Assembly (NCBI GenBank): GCA_030706385.1
Contig: JAUZOQ010000003.1
Coordinates: 4,297 to 68,296 of the forward strand
Reading direction: 5' to 3'
Source: Bacteroidota bacterium
GTDB lineage: Bacteria > Bacteroidota > Ignavibacteria > Palsa-1295
DNA length: 64,000 nucleotides
The stretch's first letter is position 1, and each line of letters begins with the position of its first letter. Shown in pieces: positions 7,691 through 17,261 of this stretch. The position numbers and the translations under genes are program-made. The notes beneath the pieces are model-generated. The model searched no databases and had not been told where the DNA came from. It saw only the letters and a list, made by a program, of their open reading frames with translations.

Positions 7691-8605
7691 TCACCCCTTC
7701 TGTCTCTCAGCCGCCAGCAGCGTATTCTTCATAACCATAGCAATGGTCATGGGGCCGACGCCTCCGGGCACGGGAGTAATCCTTGAGGCAACGAACTTCA
7801 CTTCGTCGTAATCGACATCTCCGGTCAGGCGCGTACCGGATGGTTTCGAAGGATCGGAGATGCGGTTCATGCCGACATCGATGACGACGGCTCCGGGAGC
7901 GACCATATCACGGGTGATGGCATGAGGGACTCCCATAGCGGCAATGAGGATATCGGCGCTTCGTGTGAACTCAGGCAACCTGGATCCGGCACCGGTATGG
8001 GCAAGGGTTACGACGGCATTGGCGCCGGCGGCCTTTTGCACCAGAAGTGCGGCCAGAGGTTTGCCGACGATATTGGAGCGGCCGACGATAACGACGTGCT
8101 TGCCCGAAGTCTCGATCCCTTCGCGGATCATCATTTCCATAATGCCGGCCGGCGTACACGGAGCGAAGTAATCGCCTTTTCCGATAGAAAGCCTTCCGAT
8201 ATTAACGGGATGAAATCCATCGATATCTTTTGCCGGATCGATCGCTTCGATGACATGCTCTTCGGAAATATGTTTGGGAAGCGGAAGCTGGCAGAGGATG
8301 GCATGGGTAAGCGGATCGGCATTGAGCGCTGCGATCTTTTGCAGAAGCTCGAATTCGGAAACCGATTCGTCGTAGCGTATGGTCTCGGAATCGAAACCGG
8401 ATTCGCGGCTTGTGGTGCCTTTGTTGCGGACGTAAACTTCGCTTGCAGGATTGGTACCGACAAGGATAAAGACGATGCGCGGCCGGATGCCGGTTCTGGA
8501 GGTAAAGGCCTGAGCTTGTTCTTTTACTTCGGCGCGGATGGCCGTGGCAATCGCTTTGCCATCGATGATGCGTGCTTCGGTAGTCGTCGAAATATTACTC
8601 GGCAT
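7691..8605 (-). CDS. folD: bifunctional methylenetetrahydrofolate dehydrogenase / methenyltetrahydrofolate cyclohydrolase
   Basis: ATG 8605 (MPSNISTTTEARIIDGKAIA..). Motifs VGTNPASEVYVRNK, LPLPKHI, VVIVGRSNIVGKP, TPVPGGVGPMTIAM. Confidence 0.93.
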   Translation of the reverse strand: MPSNISTTTEARIIDGKAIATAIRAEVKEQAQAFTSRTGIRPRIVFILVGTNPASEVYVRNKGTTSRESGFDSETIRYDESVSEFELLQKIAALNADPLTHAILCQLPLPKHISEEHVIEAIDPAKDIDGFHPVNIGRLSIGKGDYFAPCTPAGIMEMMIREGIETSGKHVVIVGRSNIVGKPLAALLVQKAAGANAVVTLAHTGAGSRLPEFTRSADILIAAMGVPHAITRDMVAPGAVVIDVGMNRISDPSKPSGTRLTGDVDYDEVKFVASRITPVPGGVGPMTIAMVMKNTLLAAERQKG

Positions 8606-9455
8606 TAATAAGAGCAGGTTCGGCGCTAGGCAGCTCGGCAGTAACGGGAGCCGATGTGCGCTCGAATTCGGGGAAAATAATTCGTTCGATCGAATGCGCA
8701 TGCCCGGTTTCGCGATCGACCTTCAGGATCACTCCTGCGATCTTGAGATCTCCGGTAGCAGTCTCGTACTTATGCGGCGTTCCGAGCATGAATCGCTTGA
8801 TGGCAATATCGGTGCGAAGCCCGACGCAGCTATCGTATGGGCCCGTCATTCCGACATCGGTGATGAATGCCGTACCGTTCGGAAGGATGCGTTCATCGGC
8901 AGTCTGTACGTGAGTGTGCGTTCCGAGCACGGCGCTGACTTTTCCGTCCAGGAAAAATCCCATTGCCTGTTTCTCGGCGCTTGCCTCGGCATGCATATCG
9001 ACAAGGATGTTCGGAGTTTCTTCGAGGATGTTCTGCACGGCCCATTCGGCAGTCTTGAACGGATCGTCGATGGGCGGAAGAAAGACTCGTCCTTGAATAT
9101 TCAAGACTCCGACTTTCGTGCCTTTCGCCGTTTTGAAAATTGCATATCCGGATCCGCCGTTCTCGCGCGGGTAATTCAGCGGACGCAGGATGCGGCGCTC
9201 TTCGCGCAGCAGTGGCCGGGCATCCCAGCGCTCCCAGATGTGATTGCCTGTGGTGATGATGTGGGCTCCGGCAGCAAAAAGCTCTTCGGCATGTTTTTTC
9301 GTCAGCGCTTTGCCGTCATAGATATTTTCGCCATTGACGATAACGGCTTCGGCCTCGTGTTTTTCGATGAGAGATTTCAAAAACTTCGTGACCATTGCCA
9401 ACCCGTTGAGGCCGACAATATCGCCGATAAATAAGATGTTTAATGGTTCTGACAT
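8595..9455 (-). CDS. YmdB-like (TIGR00282-type) metallophosphoesterase
   Basis: LNILFIGDIVG, VIVNGEN, TTGNHIWE, DMHAEASAEK, GTHTHVQTADE. Overlaps the folD start by 11 nt. Confidence 0.9.
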   Translation of the reverse strand: MSEPLNILFIGDIVGLNGLAMVTKFLKSLIEKHEAEAVIVNGENIYDGKALTKKHAEELFAAGAHIITTGNHIWERWDARPLLREERRILRPLNYPRENGGSGYAIFKTAKGTKVGVLNIQGRVFLPPIDDPFKTAEWAVQNILEETPNILVDMHAEASAEKQAMGFFLDGKVSAVLGTHTHVQTADERILPNGTAFITDVGMTGPYDSCVGLRTDIAIKRFMLGTPHKYETATGDLKIAGVILKVDRETGHAHSIERIIFPEFERTSAPVTAELPSAEPALINAE

Positions 9456-9556
9456 TCTTGTATCTTGTGGATGCAGTTTTGTGGTCTGCTATCAACAAGA
9501 AACTGGAAGGAAATGTCACCAAAGGACGTGAGATTATTGGTGAACTGCCTCAGCGC

Positions 9557-9727
9557 TTAGAGAAAAGCAAGATAGAGGATCGATACGGTCTCGAGTGCGA
9601 CAAGGATAACAAGGTAGAGATACCATTTGCCGCTGTCGCGCTTGAGATAGGAGAAGATCGCCAGTGCAACAATAAGGATGAGGCAGAGGAATAATAACGG
9701 TACGTTCGTAACTGCATGTTTATCCAT
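9557..9727 (-). CDS. possible 56-aa two-TM membrane peptide (below the ORF-track length cut-off)
   Basis: My own translation: MDKHAVTNVPLLFLCLILIVALAIFSYLKRDSGKWYLYLVILVALETVSILYLAFL. Co-oriented between purL and the YmdB-like gene. Confidence 0.35.
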   Translation of the reverse strand: MDKHAVTNVPLLFLCLILIVALAIFSYLKRDSGKWYLYLVILVALETVSILYLAFL

Positions 9728-9745
9728 GAGGATCGGATGTGTTGG

Positions 9746-12010
9746 TTAAAGTTCTACGACTGCTTCGACGGCACTCGGAATGGCTTCGGTGTAGAGCGAG
9801 TAGAGTTCATCTAAGTCGCAATCGATGAGGCCATCGACAATAATGCTTCGGCCGCCTGTCGTGCCAAGGACTTCGAGCTTGACATTTGCCGAGCGAACGA
9901 TCATCGAGATCTCCTCGACCGATTCGGGCGCAACGCTGATGACGACTCGGCCCTGCATTTCGCCGAAAAGCGAGTGATCGTTTCGCTTCGAGCTTGGCGG
10001 CATGATCCTGGCGCCGATCATATTCGAGAAGCAGCTCTCGGTGATCGTCACGGCCAGTCCGCCTTCGCTGATATCGTGAGCGGATTTGAGCATGCGTTTT
10101 CCTGCAAGCGTTACGAGCAGATCGATAAGCCGTGCTTCGCCGCCGGGATCGATGTTCGGAGCGTTGCCTACTGCTTTGCCGCCGGTACGAATGGCAAGAT
10201 ACTCCGAGCCGCCCAGGCCTTCGAACTCAGCATCGGGTTCATAGGCTGAGAGCAGCAAGATGGCATCGCCATCGTTCTTAAATCCGGAGCTGACGACATT
10301 TGCAATATCATCGATCACTCCGAGCATGCCGATCGTCGGAGTCGGGTAGATGGCACCGCTGGGGCTTTCATTATAGAAGCTGACGTTACCGCCGGTAACG
10401 GGAGTCTCGAGAGTCCGGCAGGCATCGCCCATTCCGCGGATCGCTTCGGTGAACTGGTAGTAGACTTCCGGATCGTAGGGATTTCCGAAGTTGAGACAGT
10501 TCGTGATGGCGATCGGCTGCGCTCCGGTGCAGGCAATGTTGCGGGCCGCTTCGCAGACTGCGATCATCGCACCGCGATAGGGATTGAGATAGACGTATCT
10601 CGAATTGCAATCGGTCTTGACGGCAAGTCCCTTCGTTGTGCCCTTGACTCGTATGACGGCAGCATCGCTTCCTTCGAGATCGAGCGTATTGGTTCGGACC
10701 ATCGAATCGTATTGCTCATAGACCCATCGCTTCGAAGCGATATTCGGCGAGGCAATAAGCGATCGCAGCATTGCATTCGCATCATCAATATCACTGATGG
10801 AATTCAGATCGAATCCCATCGTTTCTTTCAAATAGGACGGCTCACGAGTTTCGCGCTGGTAGACAGGTGTCATATCGCCGCCAAGCGCAAGAGCCTTAGA
10901 AGGGAGATTCGCAACGACTTCACCATGGTAGGAGATCTCGACAGTTCCGGTATCGGTCACCGTGCCGATAACTTCGGCCTGAAGATCCCACTTGGTAAAG
11001 ACCTCTTTAATAGCATCGACATTTTTCGGTTCGACGACGACGAGCATACGTTCCTGCGATTCCGAAAGCATGATCTCGTATGAACTCATCGTTGCTTCGC
11101 GCAGCGGGACTTTATTCAGATCGATCTTCATTCCCGTTCCGGCTTTCGCACTCATCTCAGAAGTCGAACAGGAAATTCCGGCAGCGCCCATATCCTGCAT
11201 CCCGACAACAAGCTTCTTGCCGATCGCCTCGAGCGTCGCTTCAAGAAGTAGTTTTTCGGTAAATGGATCGCCGACTTGCACGGTAGGCCGCAACTCTTCC
11301 GCAGCTTCGCTGAATACTGCGCTTGCCAGTAAGCTTGCACCATGGATGCCATCGCGGCCGGTGCTGGATCCGACGATCATGACGATGTTCCCCACTCCAT
11401 CGGCCGAAGCACTTACTGTTTCGCCATGCTTGACGATTCCGACAGCCATTGCATTGACAAGAGGATTGCCTTGATAGCACGGATCGAAATATACTTCGCC
11501 GGCGACAGTTGGAACGCCGAAGGAATTTCCATAATCGGCAATACCATGGACAACTCCACGGACCAGAAACTTCGTCCGCTCCTCGGAAAGCGAACCGAAG
11601 CGAAGCGAGTTCAAAGCGGCAATCGGCCGGGCGCCCATCGTAAAGATATCTCGAAGGATTCCGCCGACTCCGGTTGCAGCACCTTGGTATGGTTCGACGG
11701 CAGAGGGATGATTATGCGACTCGATCTTGAATGCGACGGCAAGTCCATCGCCGATATCGACTAGGCCGGCATTCTCTTCTCCTGCTTCAACTAAGAGCCG
11801 CTTGCCTTTGCGCGGAAGAGTCTTGAGCTGCGTGATGCTGTTCTTATAAGAACAATGTTCGCTCCACATGACAGAGAAGATTCCAAGTTCGGTGTAGGTC
11901 GGGATTCGCCCGCCGAGTATGGAGACGATCTTCTCGAATTCCTCATCGAGAAGTCCGAGTTCGAGTGCAGTCTTCTTAGCTTCGGCAAGGGTTGAGATCG
12001 TGTTAGTCAT
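9746..12010 (-). CDS. purL: phosphoribosylformylglycinamidine synthase subunit PurL
   Basis: ATG 12010 ([13 protein letters not shown]..). [39 protein letters not shown], two AIR-synthase-like repeats. Confidence 0.95.
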   Translation of the reverse strand: MTNTISTLAEAKKTALELGLLDEEFEKIVSILGGRIPTYTELGIFSVMWSEHCSYKNSITQLKTLPRKGKRLLVEAGEENAGLVDIGDGLAVAFKIESHNHPSAVEPYQGAATGVGGILRDIFTMGARPIAALNSLRFGSLSEERTKFLVRGVVHGIADYGNSFGVPTVAGEVYFDPCYQGNPLVNAMAVGIVKHGETVSASADGVGNIVMIVGSSTGRDGIHGASLLASAVFSEAAEELRPTVQVGDPFTEKLLLEATLEAIGKKLVVGMQDMGAAGISCSTSEMSAKAGTGMKIDLNKVPLREATMSSYEIMLSESQERMLVVVEPKNVDAIKEVFTKWDLQAEVIGTVTDTGTVEISYHGEVVANLPSKALALGGDMTPVYQRETREPSYLKETMGFDLNSISDIDDANAMLRSLIASPNIASKRWVYEQYDSMVRTNTLDLEGSDAAVIRVKGTTKGLAVKTDCNSRYVYLNPYRGAMIAVCEAARNIACTGAQPIAITNCLNFGNPYDPEVYYQFTEAIRGMGDACRTLETPVTGGNVSFYNESPSGAIYPTPTIGMLGVIDDIANVVSSGFKNDGDAILLLSAYEPDAEFEGLGGSEYLAIRTGGKAVGNAPNIDPGGEARLIDLLVTLAGKRMLKSAHDISEGGLAVTITESCFSNMIGARIMPPSSKRNDHSLFGEMQGRVVISVAPESVEEISMIVRSANVKLEVLGTTGGRSIIVDGLIDCDLDELYSLYTEAIPSAVEAVVEL

Positions 12011-12147
12011 CAAGCGGATGAAGAGTTTTTGGTGATATCGGATGCTATAAACGCAAACGCCGGGAAAAAGGTCAAAAAATAAGTCGGAAAGCCCAAAATC
12101 GGGTCGCTCGGAAAGTGGAAAAATAAGGTATCTGTGTTGAAACTTAT

Positions 12148-12155
12148 TATATTTG
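12148..12155 (+). promoter_or_regulatory. TAnnTTTG -7 promoter box (Bacteroidota-type) upstream of 12226
   Basis: tatatttg, about 70 nt upstream of the ATG. Confidence 0.4.
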
Positions 12156-12225
12156 TATGTGTTCAAATAAGGCAGAATAACGCATCGTCCCGTTCTAATT
12201 TTTCATAATCATCCGTAACGCAACT

Positions 12226-14295
12226 ATGGCACATTCTTCTACATTCAAGCGCGTGATCTTCGTGGTCGCTGCCCTTGTGCTCTTATTCATCAGTTCGCTC
12301 GATCTTCGCGCTCAAACTACATACAAGCGCCATGCATTGATCGAAGAGGTCACCGGTCAATGGTGCGGCTACTGCCCGCTCGGTGCATGGTATATGGATT
12401 CGATCCATACCTACATGCCCGATAACGCCGTCATCATTTCCTGGCATAATCAGGATGATATGGAGTCGCAGGATAGCAAGACCTTCCATGCGAATTTCGG
12501 AGTCTCGTCCTGGCCCGGCGCATTCCTGAACCGCTATTACCTTTTCGGATTCGGAGAGGTCACGAGCGCTCAGGGATATCAGGAAGTTCAGTTCGGACAG
12601 AATTTCGGATTGTTCCAGCAAGCCGCAACATTTGCAAAGCAGGCATCGCCGGTCGATTTCCGTCTTGTGAACGTCCAGTACGTTTCTTCGACACGCACGT
12701 TGGACTTCGATGTTGATGTTACTCCGGTAACAGCTTCATCTCTTCCGACCGAAGATACGGCACAGTATATGGTACTTGCCGTTCTGACCGAAGATGGAAT
12801 TCAGGCATATCAACATGATTACGGCCTGGATGGTAATGACAATCCTTCGGATATCGATCCGTTCACGCATAATGATGTCGGCAGAAAGTCGATCTCCAGC
12901 GTTGCAGGTGATAATATCACACTCGGATTGAAGATCCCGACAACGGCACTTCCGATCCGCAAGCATTATTCGATCGCGATCAATGCTGCATGGAATGCGG
13001 ACAAGATCAAAGTGAAAGCTGCGATCTTTGCTGCAGCTCCGAAGAACAAATCACCGAAGACCGATTATGTTTTCGATGCAGGCATGACGAAGGATTATGT
13101 GACAACCTATCCCGAACAAGCTCCTGCAGCTGAGTGGGTCGTTCTTCCGACTGCGAAGACGACGGTCAGTTCCAAGACTCCGCTCAGCATCGTTTGGGCA
13201 CGCGGCGGAAGCACGAGCACGAATGCAAAGCTTGATTACACTGTCGATGGCGGCGTAACGTGGAATCCGATCATTGCAAGCACGAGTCAATCTCCGTATG
13301 CATGGACCATTCCACAGACAGCCTTCAATAAGACAGCTCAGATCCGCGTTTCGGATGCGACCAGCGCAGCGATCAGCGGAGTATCCGAGCCGTTCCTTAT
13401 GCCGAATGCTCCGACACCGGGTACGATGACGATCACCAAACCTGCTGCAGGCGATGTCCTGACAGGCGGTGCATCCTATTCGATCATGATGACGGAATCG
13501 AATCTTGCCGCTCCGATCACTTTCGAGTATTCAGTTGACGGCACGACATGGAGTCCCATCGGATCTCTGAATGTCGAAGGTAACACCATTAGCTGGAGCG
13601 TGCCGAATGTTGCATCGACGATGGCAACTGTCCGCGCAACGGATGCAAATTCCGTGAAGGCTACAAGCGGTGTTTTCTCGATCACGAAGACAACGAATGC
13701 CGGAGCCATCACCAGCGTGAAGGTGAACAATCTCGATATCAATTCTCACATCGCCAATGATGTGGCAACAACGGTAACCTGGACGACCAACGGCGGTAAC
13801 GTCGGAGCAAATCTTATCGTCGAATATTCGATGGATAATGGTACGACCTGGACTGCGATCGGTTCACCGGTACTGCCGACCGTCACTTCAGTTGATTGGA
13901 CGACACCTGCAACCGGCTATTCTGCTTCTGCATTTGTTCGCGTCAGAAGCGCAGATGCCGATAAGCAGACCGTCAGCGGGTCATTCGGTCCGTTCACGAT
14001 CGGTCAATCCGCAGGCGTTTACATGACCTCTGCAAATGGATACTCGATCACGAACTATCCGAATCCATTCGGTGGTGCTACGACGATCAAGTTTGAACTT
14101 CCGATCCGCACGTATGTGACGATCAGAATTCAGGATGAACTCGGACGCGAAATCGATAAACTCGTCACCGAGAATCTCGATGCAGGCGTTCACATGGTTC
14201 CGTACAATGCAGCCAACCTCTCTGCCGGAATCTATACCTATACTCTCGAAGCCGGAGCTACAAAGCTCGTTGGGAAAATGAGTGTTGTGAAATAA
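12226..14295 (+). CDS. T9SS cargo: thioredoxin-like (Omp28-related) N-domain, three Ig/BNR-like modules, C-terminal sorting domain
   Basis: Signal peptide. EEVTGQWCGYCPLG CxxC motif. Three copies of ..VDGG(V/T)TW..W..P...(R)V(R)..D.. modules. C-terminus YPNPFGGATTIKFELP...GIYTYTLEAGATKLVGKMSVVK. Confidence 0.85.
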   Translation: MAHSSTFKRVIFVVAALVLLFISSLDLRAQTTYKRHALIEEVTGQWCGYCPLGAWYMDSIHTYMPDNAVIISWHNQDDMESQDSKTFHANFGVSSWPGAFLNRYYLFGFGEVTSAQGYQEVQFGQNFGLFQQAATFAKQASPVDFRLVNVQYVSSTRTLDFDVDVTPVTASSLPTEDTAQYMVLAVLTEDGIQAYQHDYGLDGNDNPSDIDPFTHNDVGRKSISSVAGDNITLGLKIPTTALPIRKHYSIAINAAWNADKIKVKAAIFAAAPKNKSPKTDYVFDAGMTKDYVTTYPEQAPAAEWVVLPTAKTTVSSKTPLSIVWARGGSTSTNAKLDYTVDGGVTWNPIIASTSQSPYAWTIPQTAFNKTAQIRVSDATSAAISGVSEPFLMPNAPTPGTMTITKPAAGDVLTGGASYSIMMTESNLAAPITFEYSVDGTTWSPIGSLNVEGNTISWSVPNVASTMATVRATDANSVKATSGVFSITKTTNAGAITSVKVNNLDINSHIANDVATTVTWTTNGGNVGANLIVEYSMDNGTTWTAIGSPVLPTVTSVDWTTPATGYSASAFVRVRSADADKQTVSGSFGPFTIGQSAGVYMTSANGYSITNYPNPFGGATTIKFELPIRTYVTIRIQDELGREIDKLVTENLDAGVHMVPYNAANLSAGIYTYTLEAGATKLVGKMSVVK

Positions 14296-14314
14296 GAATT
14301 CTCTTATTCACACC

Positions 14315-14354
14315 AAACGGCTCCGGAGAATATCTTCGGAGCCGTTTTGATTTT
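14315..14354 (+). terminator. Rho-independent terminator after 12226-14295
   Basis: aaacggctccg / 11-nt loop / cggagccgttt, followed by tgatttt. Confidence 0.7.
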
Positions 14355-14441
14355 AAAGGTGTTTGATGGTGCGAGAATGCAAGAGCCAAGCTGAACTTGA
14401 TCTTGTGCATCCTCAATCTGAAACTCAGTTCGTTAAATAGT

Positions 14442-15803
14442 ATGAAATACGCAACTTCGATTCTCGATCTGATCGGAAACACTCCGATGCTTGAGATCAA
14501 ACGGATCAAACCGCCCGCATCGAAAGCACTCATCCTGGGCAAGCTCGAAGAATTCAATCCCGGCGGATCCGTGAAGGACCGTATCGGAATTCGAATGCTC
14601 GAAGATGCTGAGAAAACCGGGAAGATCAAACCCGGCGGCACGATCATCGAACCGACAAGCGGAAACACCGGCATCGGTCTTGCTCTTGCAGCGGTTCAAA
14701 AAGGATATAAGTGCGTCTTTGTGATGACCGATAAGGCATCGATCGAGCGAGCCAGATATTTGCGAGCCTTGGGTGCAGAAGTCGTTGTCGTCTCCAGCGC
14801 AGCCAAGCCAAGCTCTCCGGAATACTACTATAACACTGCGCAACGCCTGGCCGCTGAGCTTCCGAATGCCATCATGCTCAATCAGTATGATAACCCGGCA
14901 AATCCCGGAGCGCATTATGTGACGACAGGTCCGGAGATCTGGGATGCAACCGATGGAAAGATCACGCACTTCGTTGCCGGTATCGGTACCGGTGGTACGA
15001 TCAGCGGAACGGCTAGGTACCTGAAGGAAAAAAATCCGAAGATCAAAGTGATTGCTGCCGATCCGACCGGATCATCGATCAAGACTTACTTCGAGACTAA
15101 TCGACTCGTCGAAGCGCTTCCGTATTTGATCGAAGGTGTCGGGCAGGAGCGTATTCCAAAGAATCTCGAATTGAAGTATGTGGATGAGATCATCAACGTC
15201 ACCGATAAAGATGCATTTCTGACGGCACGCCGTCTGGCACGTGAAGAGTCGTTGTTTTGCGGCGGCTCGAGTGGAATGAATGTCTGGGTCGCTCTTCGAA
15301 TTGCCGAGAAGGCTCCGCCGGAAAGTGTTATCGTCACGATCATTTGCGATACCGGCGAGCGATACCTGACAAAGCACCACTCCGACGAATGGCTAAAGGA
15401 GAAACGTTTGCTTCAAACCGAGAAGATGACGGTAGGCCTGGTTGCAAAGCTGAAACGGCAGACAACGGCCACTCTGCTTTTCGTTGCTCCGCATGATACG
15501 CTGCGCGATGCTATCCTAAAGATGGATGAACATTCCGTCTCGCAATTACCAGTCATCGATTCAGAAGGACAATCTGTCGGCTCGGTGCGTGAGTCGCGGC
15601 TCATGGCTCGTGCATTGGAGTCGCGCGAAGTTCTCGAAAAACCGATCATCGAATTTATGGAGCCATCCTTTCCAGTCTTGGATGAGTCTGACGATGCAAA
15701 GAAAGCCGTGACGATCCTGAAAGATGCTCCGGCAGTTTTGATCGAAGAGTTCGGACGTATCGTCGGAATCGTTACCCGACACGATGTGCTGGAATTTTTA
15801 TGA
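14442..15803 (+). CDS. cystathionine beta-synthase (PLP fold-type II domain + CBS pair)
   Basis: ATG 14442. [38 protein letters not shown]-terminal tandem CBS domains (..[17 protein letters not shown].., ..[19 protein letters not shown]). Confidence 0.9.
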   Translation: MKYATSILDLIGNTPMLEIKRIKPPASKALILGKLEEFNPGGSVKDRIGIRMLEDAEKTGKIKPGGTIIEPTSGNTGIGLALAAVQKGYKCVFVMTDKASIERARYLRALGAEVVVVSSAAKPSSPEYYYNTAQRLAAELPNAIMLNQYDNPANPGAHYVTTGPEIWDATDGKITHFVAGIGTGGTISGTARYLKEKNPKIKVIAADPTGSSIKTYFETNRLVEALPYLIEGVGQERIPKNLELKYVDEIINVTDKDAFLTARRLAREESLFCGGSSGMNVWVALRIAEKAPPESVIVTIICDTGERYLTKHHSDEWLKEKRLLQTEKMTVGLVAKLKRQTTATLLFVAPHDTLRDAILKMDEHSVSQLPVIDSEGQSVGSVRESRLMARALESREVLEKPIIEFMEPSFPVLDESDDAKKAVTILKDAPAVLIEEFGRIVGIVTRHDVLEFL

Positions 15804-15825
15804 TCACAATTTTTTATTCAACTTA

Positions 15826-16968
15826 ATGGCCGGATTTAAAACGAAAGCGATTCACGTCGGACAAGAACCTGAACAAGTTACCGGTGCAGTTGCAGTGCCG
15901 GTATTCCAGACTTCGACCTATGCTCAACAGGAGCTTGGCAGGCATGCTCCGTTCGATTATGCACGGACGATCAATCCAACGCGTGTTGCACTTGAGAAAA
16001 ATCTTGCCGCTCTGGAGAACGGGCAGTATGGTTTCTCTTTCGCCTCCGGAATGGCGGCCATCGCCGGAGCCCTATCGCTTGTCAAGAACGGCGATCACGT
16101 GGTAGCTGGCAGCGATATGTATGGCGGATCGTACCGGTATTTCTCGCGCATTCTTGCGGAGAATGGCGTAGAGTTCAGCTATGTCGATATGCGCAATTCA
16201 AAGAATGTTGAAGCTGCGATAAAATCGAATACGAAACTCATTTATTGTGAGACTCCGACAAATCCGATGATGAATCTCGTCGACCTGAAAGAAGTGAGTG
16301 CTATCGCAAAAGCGAAGAAGCTCATTTCTGTTGTCGATAATACATTCATGTCTCCGTATTTCCAGAATCCTCTGGATATGGGAATCGATATCGTATTACA
16401 TTCGGCCACAAAATATATCGGAGGCCATTCCGATGTGATCGGCGGAGCGGTGATCACTTCAAATCCGGAATTAGCCGAAAGAATAAAATTCTATCAGAAT
16501 TCAGCTGGTGCTGTTCCGGGACCATGGGATGTATGGCTTTTGCTCAGGAGTGTAAAGACTCTTGCTCTCCGCATGGAAGCGCATAATGCAAATGCAATAC
16601 AGATCGCAGAATATCTCTCGAAGCAGAAGAAGATCGCGAAGGTATTCTATCCCGGCCTGGCAAGTCATCCTCAGCATGAACTTGCGAAACGACAGATGCG
16701 TGGCTTCGGCGGAATAATTTCCATCGAAACGGGTAGCCAAGAGAGTGCGAAACGATTTACTTCACGCCTTACAGTCTTCACTCTTGGTGAAAGCCTCGGA
16801 GGAGTCGAGTCTCTTGTATGTCATCCTGTTACCATGACTCATGGCTCTGTACCTCCAGAGCGCCGCGCCGAACTTGGCATTACCGGCGGACTTATTCGAC
16901 TCAGCGTCGGTATCGAGGATATTGCTGATCTCATGGAAGATATTAACCGTGGCCTTGATGCGATTTAG
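15826..16968 (+). CDS. cystathionine gamma-lyase / gamma-synthase family PLP enzyme
   Basis: ATG 15826. Cys/Met-metabolism signature HSATKYIGGHSDVIGG (PLP lysine), ESLGGVESL. Adjacent to the CBS gene, giving a reverse-transsulfuration pair. Confidence 0.9.
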   Translation: MAGFKTKAIHVGQEPEQVTGAVAVPVFQTSTYAQQELGRHAPFDYARTINPTRVALEKNLAALENGQYGFSFASGMAAIAGALSLVKNGDHVVAGSDMYGGSYRYFSRILAENGVEFSYVDMRNSKNVEAAIKSNTKLIYCETPTNPMMNLVDLKEVSAIAKAKKLISVVDNTFMSPYFQNPLDMGIDIVLHSATKYIGGHSDVIGGAVITSNPELAERIKFYQNSAGAVPGPWDVWLLLRSVKTLALRMEAHNANAIQIAEYLSKQKKIAKVFYPGLASHPQHELAKRQMRGFGGIISIETGSQESAKRFTSRLTVFTLGESLGGVESLVCHPVTMTHGSVPPERRAELGITGGLIRLSVGIEDIADLMEDINRGLDAI

Positions 16969-17245
16969 TACTTTTATTCTTTTCAGTATCGTCCTTTTCG
17001 GATGTGCGCGTTCCGAAAAACTCGATAGCGATGAGATGAACTATGTTCAGATGACGCTTGCGTTGACTCGTGCTCGTGTTGCTGCTCATGATACGATTCG
17101 ACTGCGGTCAAATCTGGACTCAGTCTTCAAGAAGTACGGTACGAGCAAGACCGATTATACGAATAGGACGATGGAATTAGGAAAAGATGCGGGACGCGCG
17201 GCGATCATATTCCGCGCCATTGCCGATTCGCTGAATGTAAAGTGA
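16958..17245 (+). CDS. small lipoprotein (95 aa)
   Basis: ATG 16958 overlaps the preceding stop. MRFSTFILFSIVLFGCARSE lipobox. Confidence 0.6.
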   Translation: MRFSTFILFSIVLFGCARSEKLDSDEMNYVQMTLALTRARVAAHDTIRLRSNLDSVFKKYGTSKTDYTNRTMELGKDAGRAAIIFRAIADSLNVK

Positions 17246-17261
17246 TCGCAAGCGAACTCGA

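Noticed and set aside
7922-9434. 228-aa and 298-aa plus-strand ORFs
   Set aside because: They are antisense to folD and the YmdB-like gene, both of which have unambiguous family motifs. Their composition (Arg/Gly/Asp-rich) is typical of antisense frames.
9443-9694. 83-aa plus-strand ORF in the purL / YmdB-like gap
   Set aside because: It is hydrophilic and featureless, opposite to the local transcription direction, and overlaps the start of the YmdB-like gene. The minus-strand 56-codon membrane ORF is the better, though still weak, candidate.
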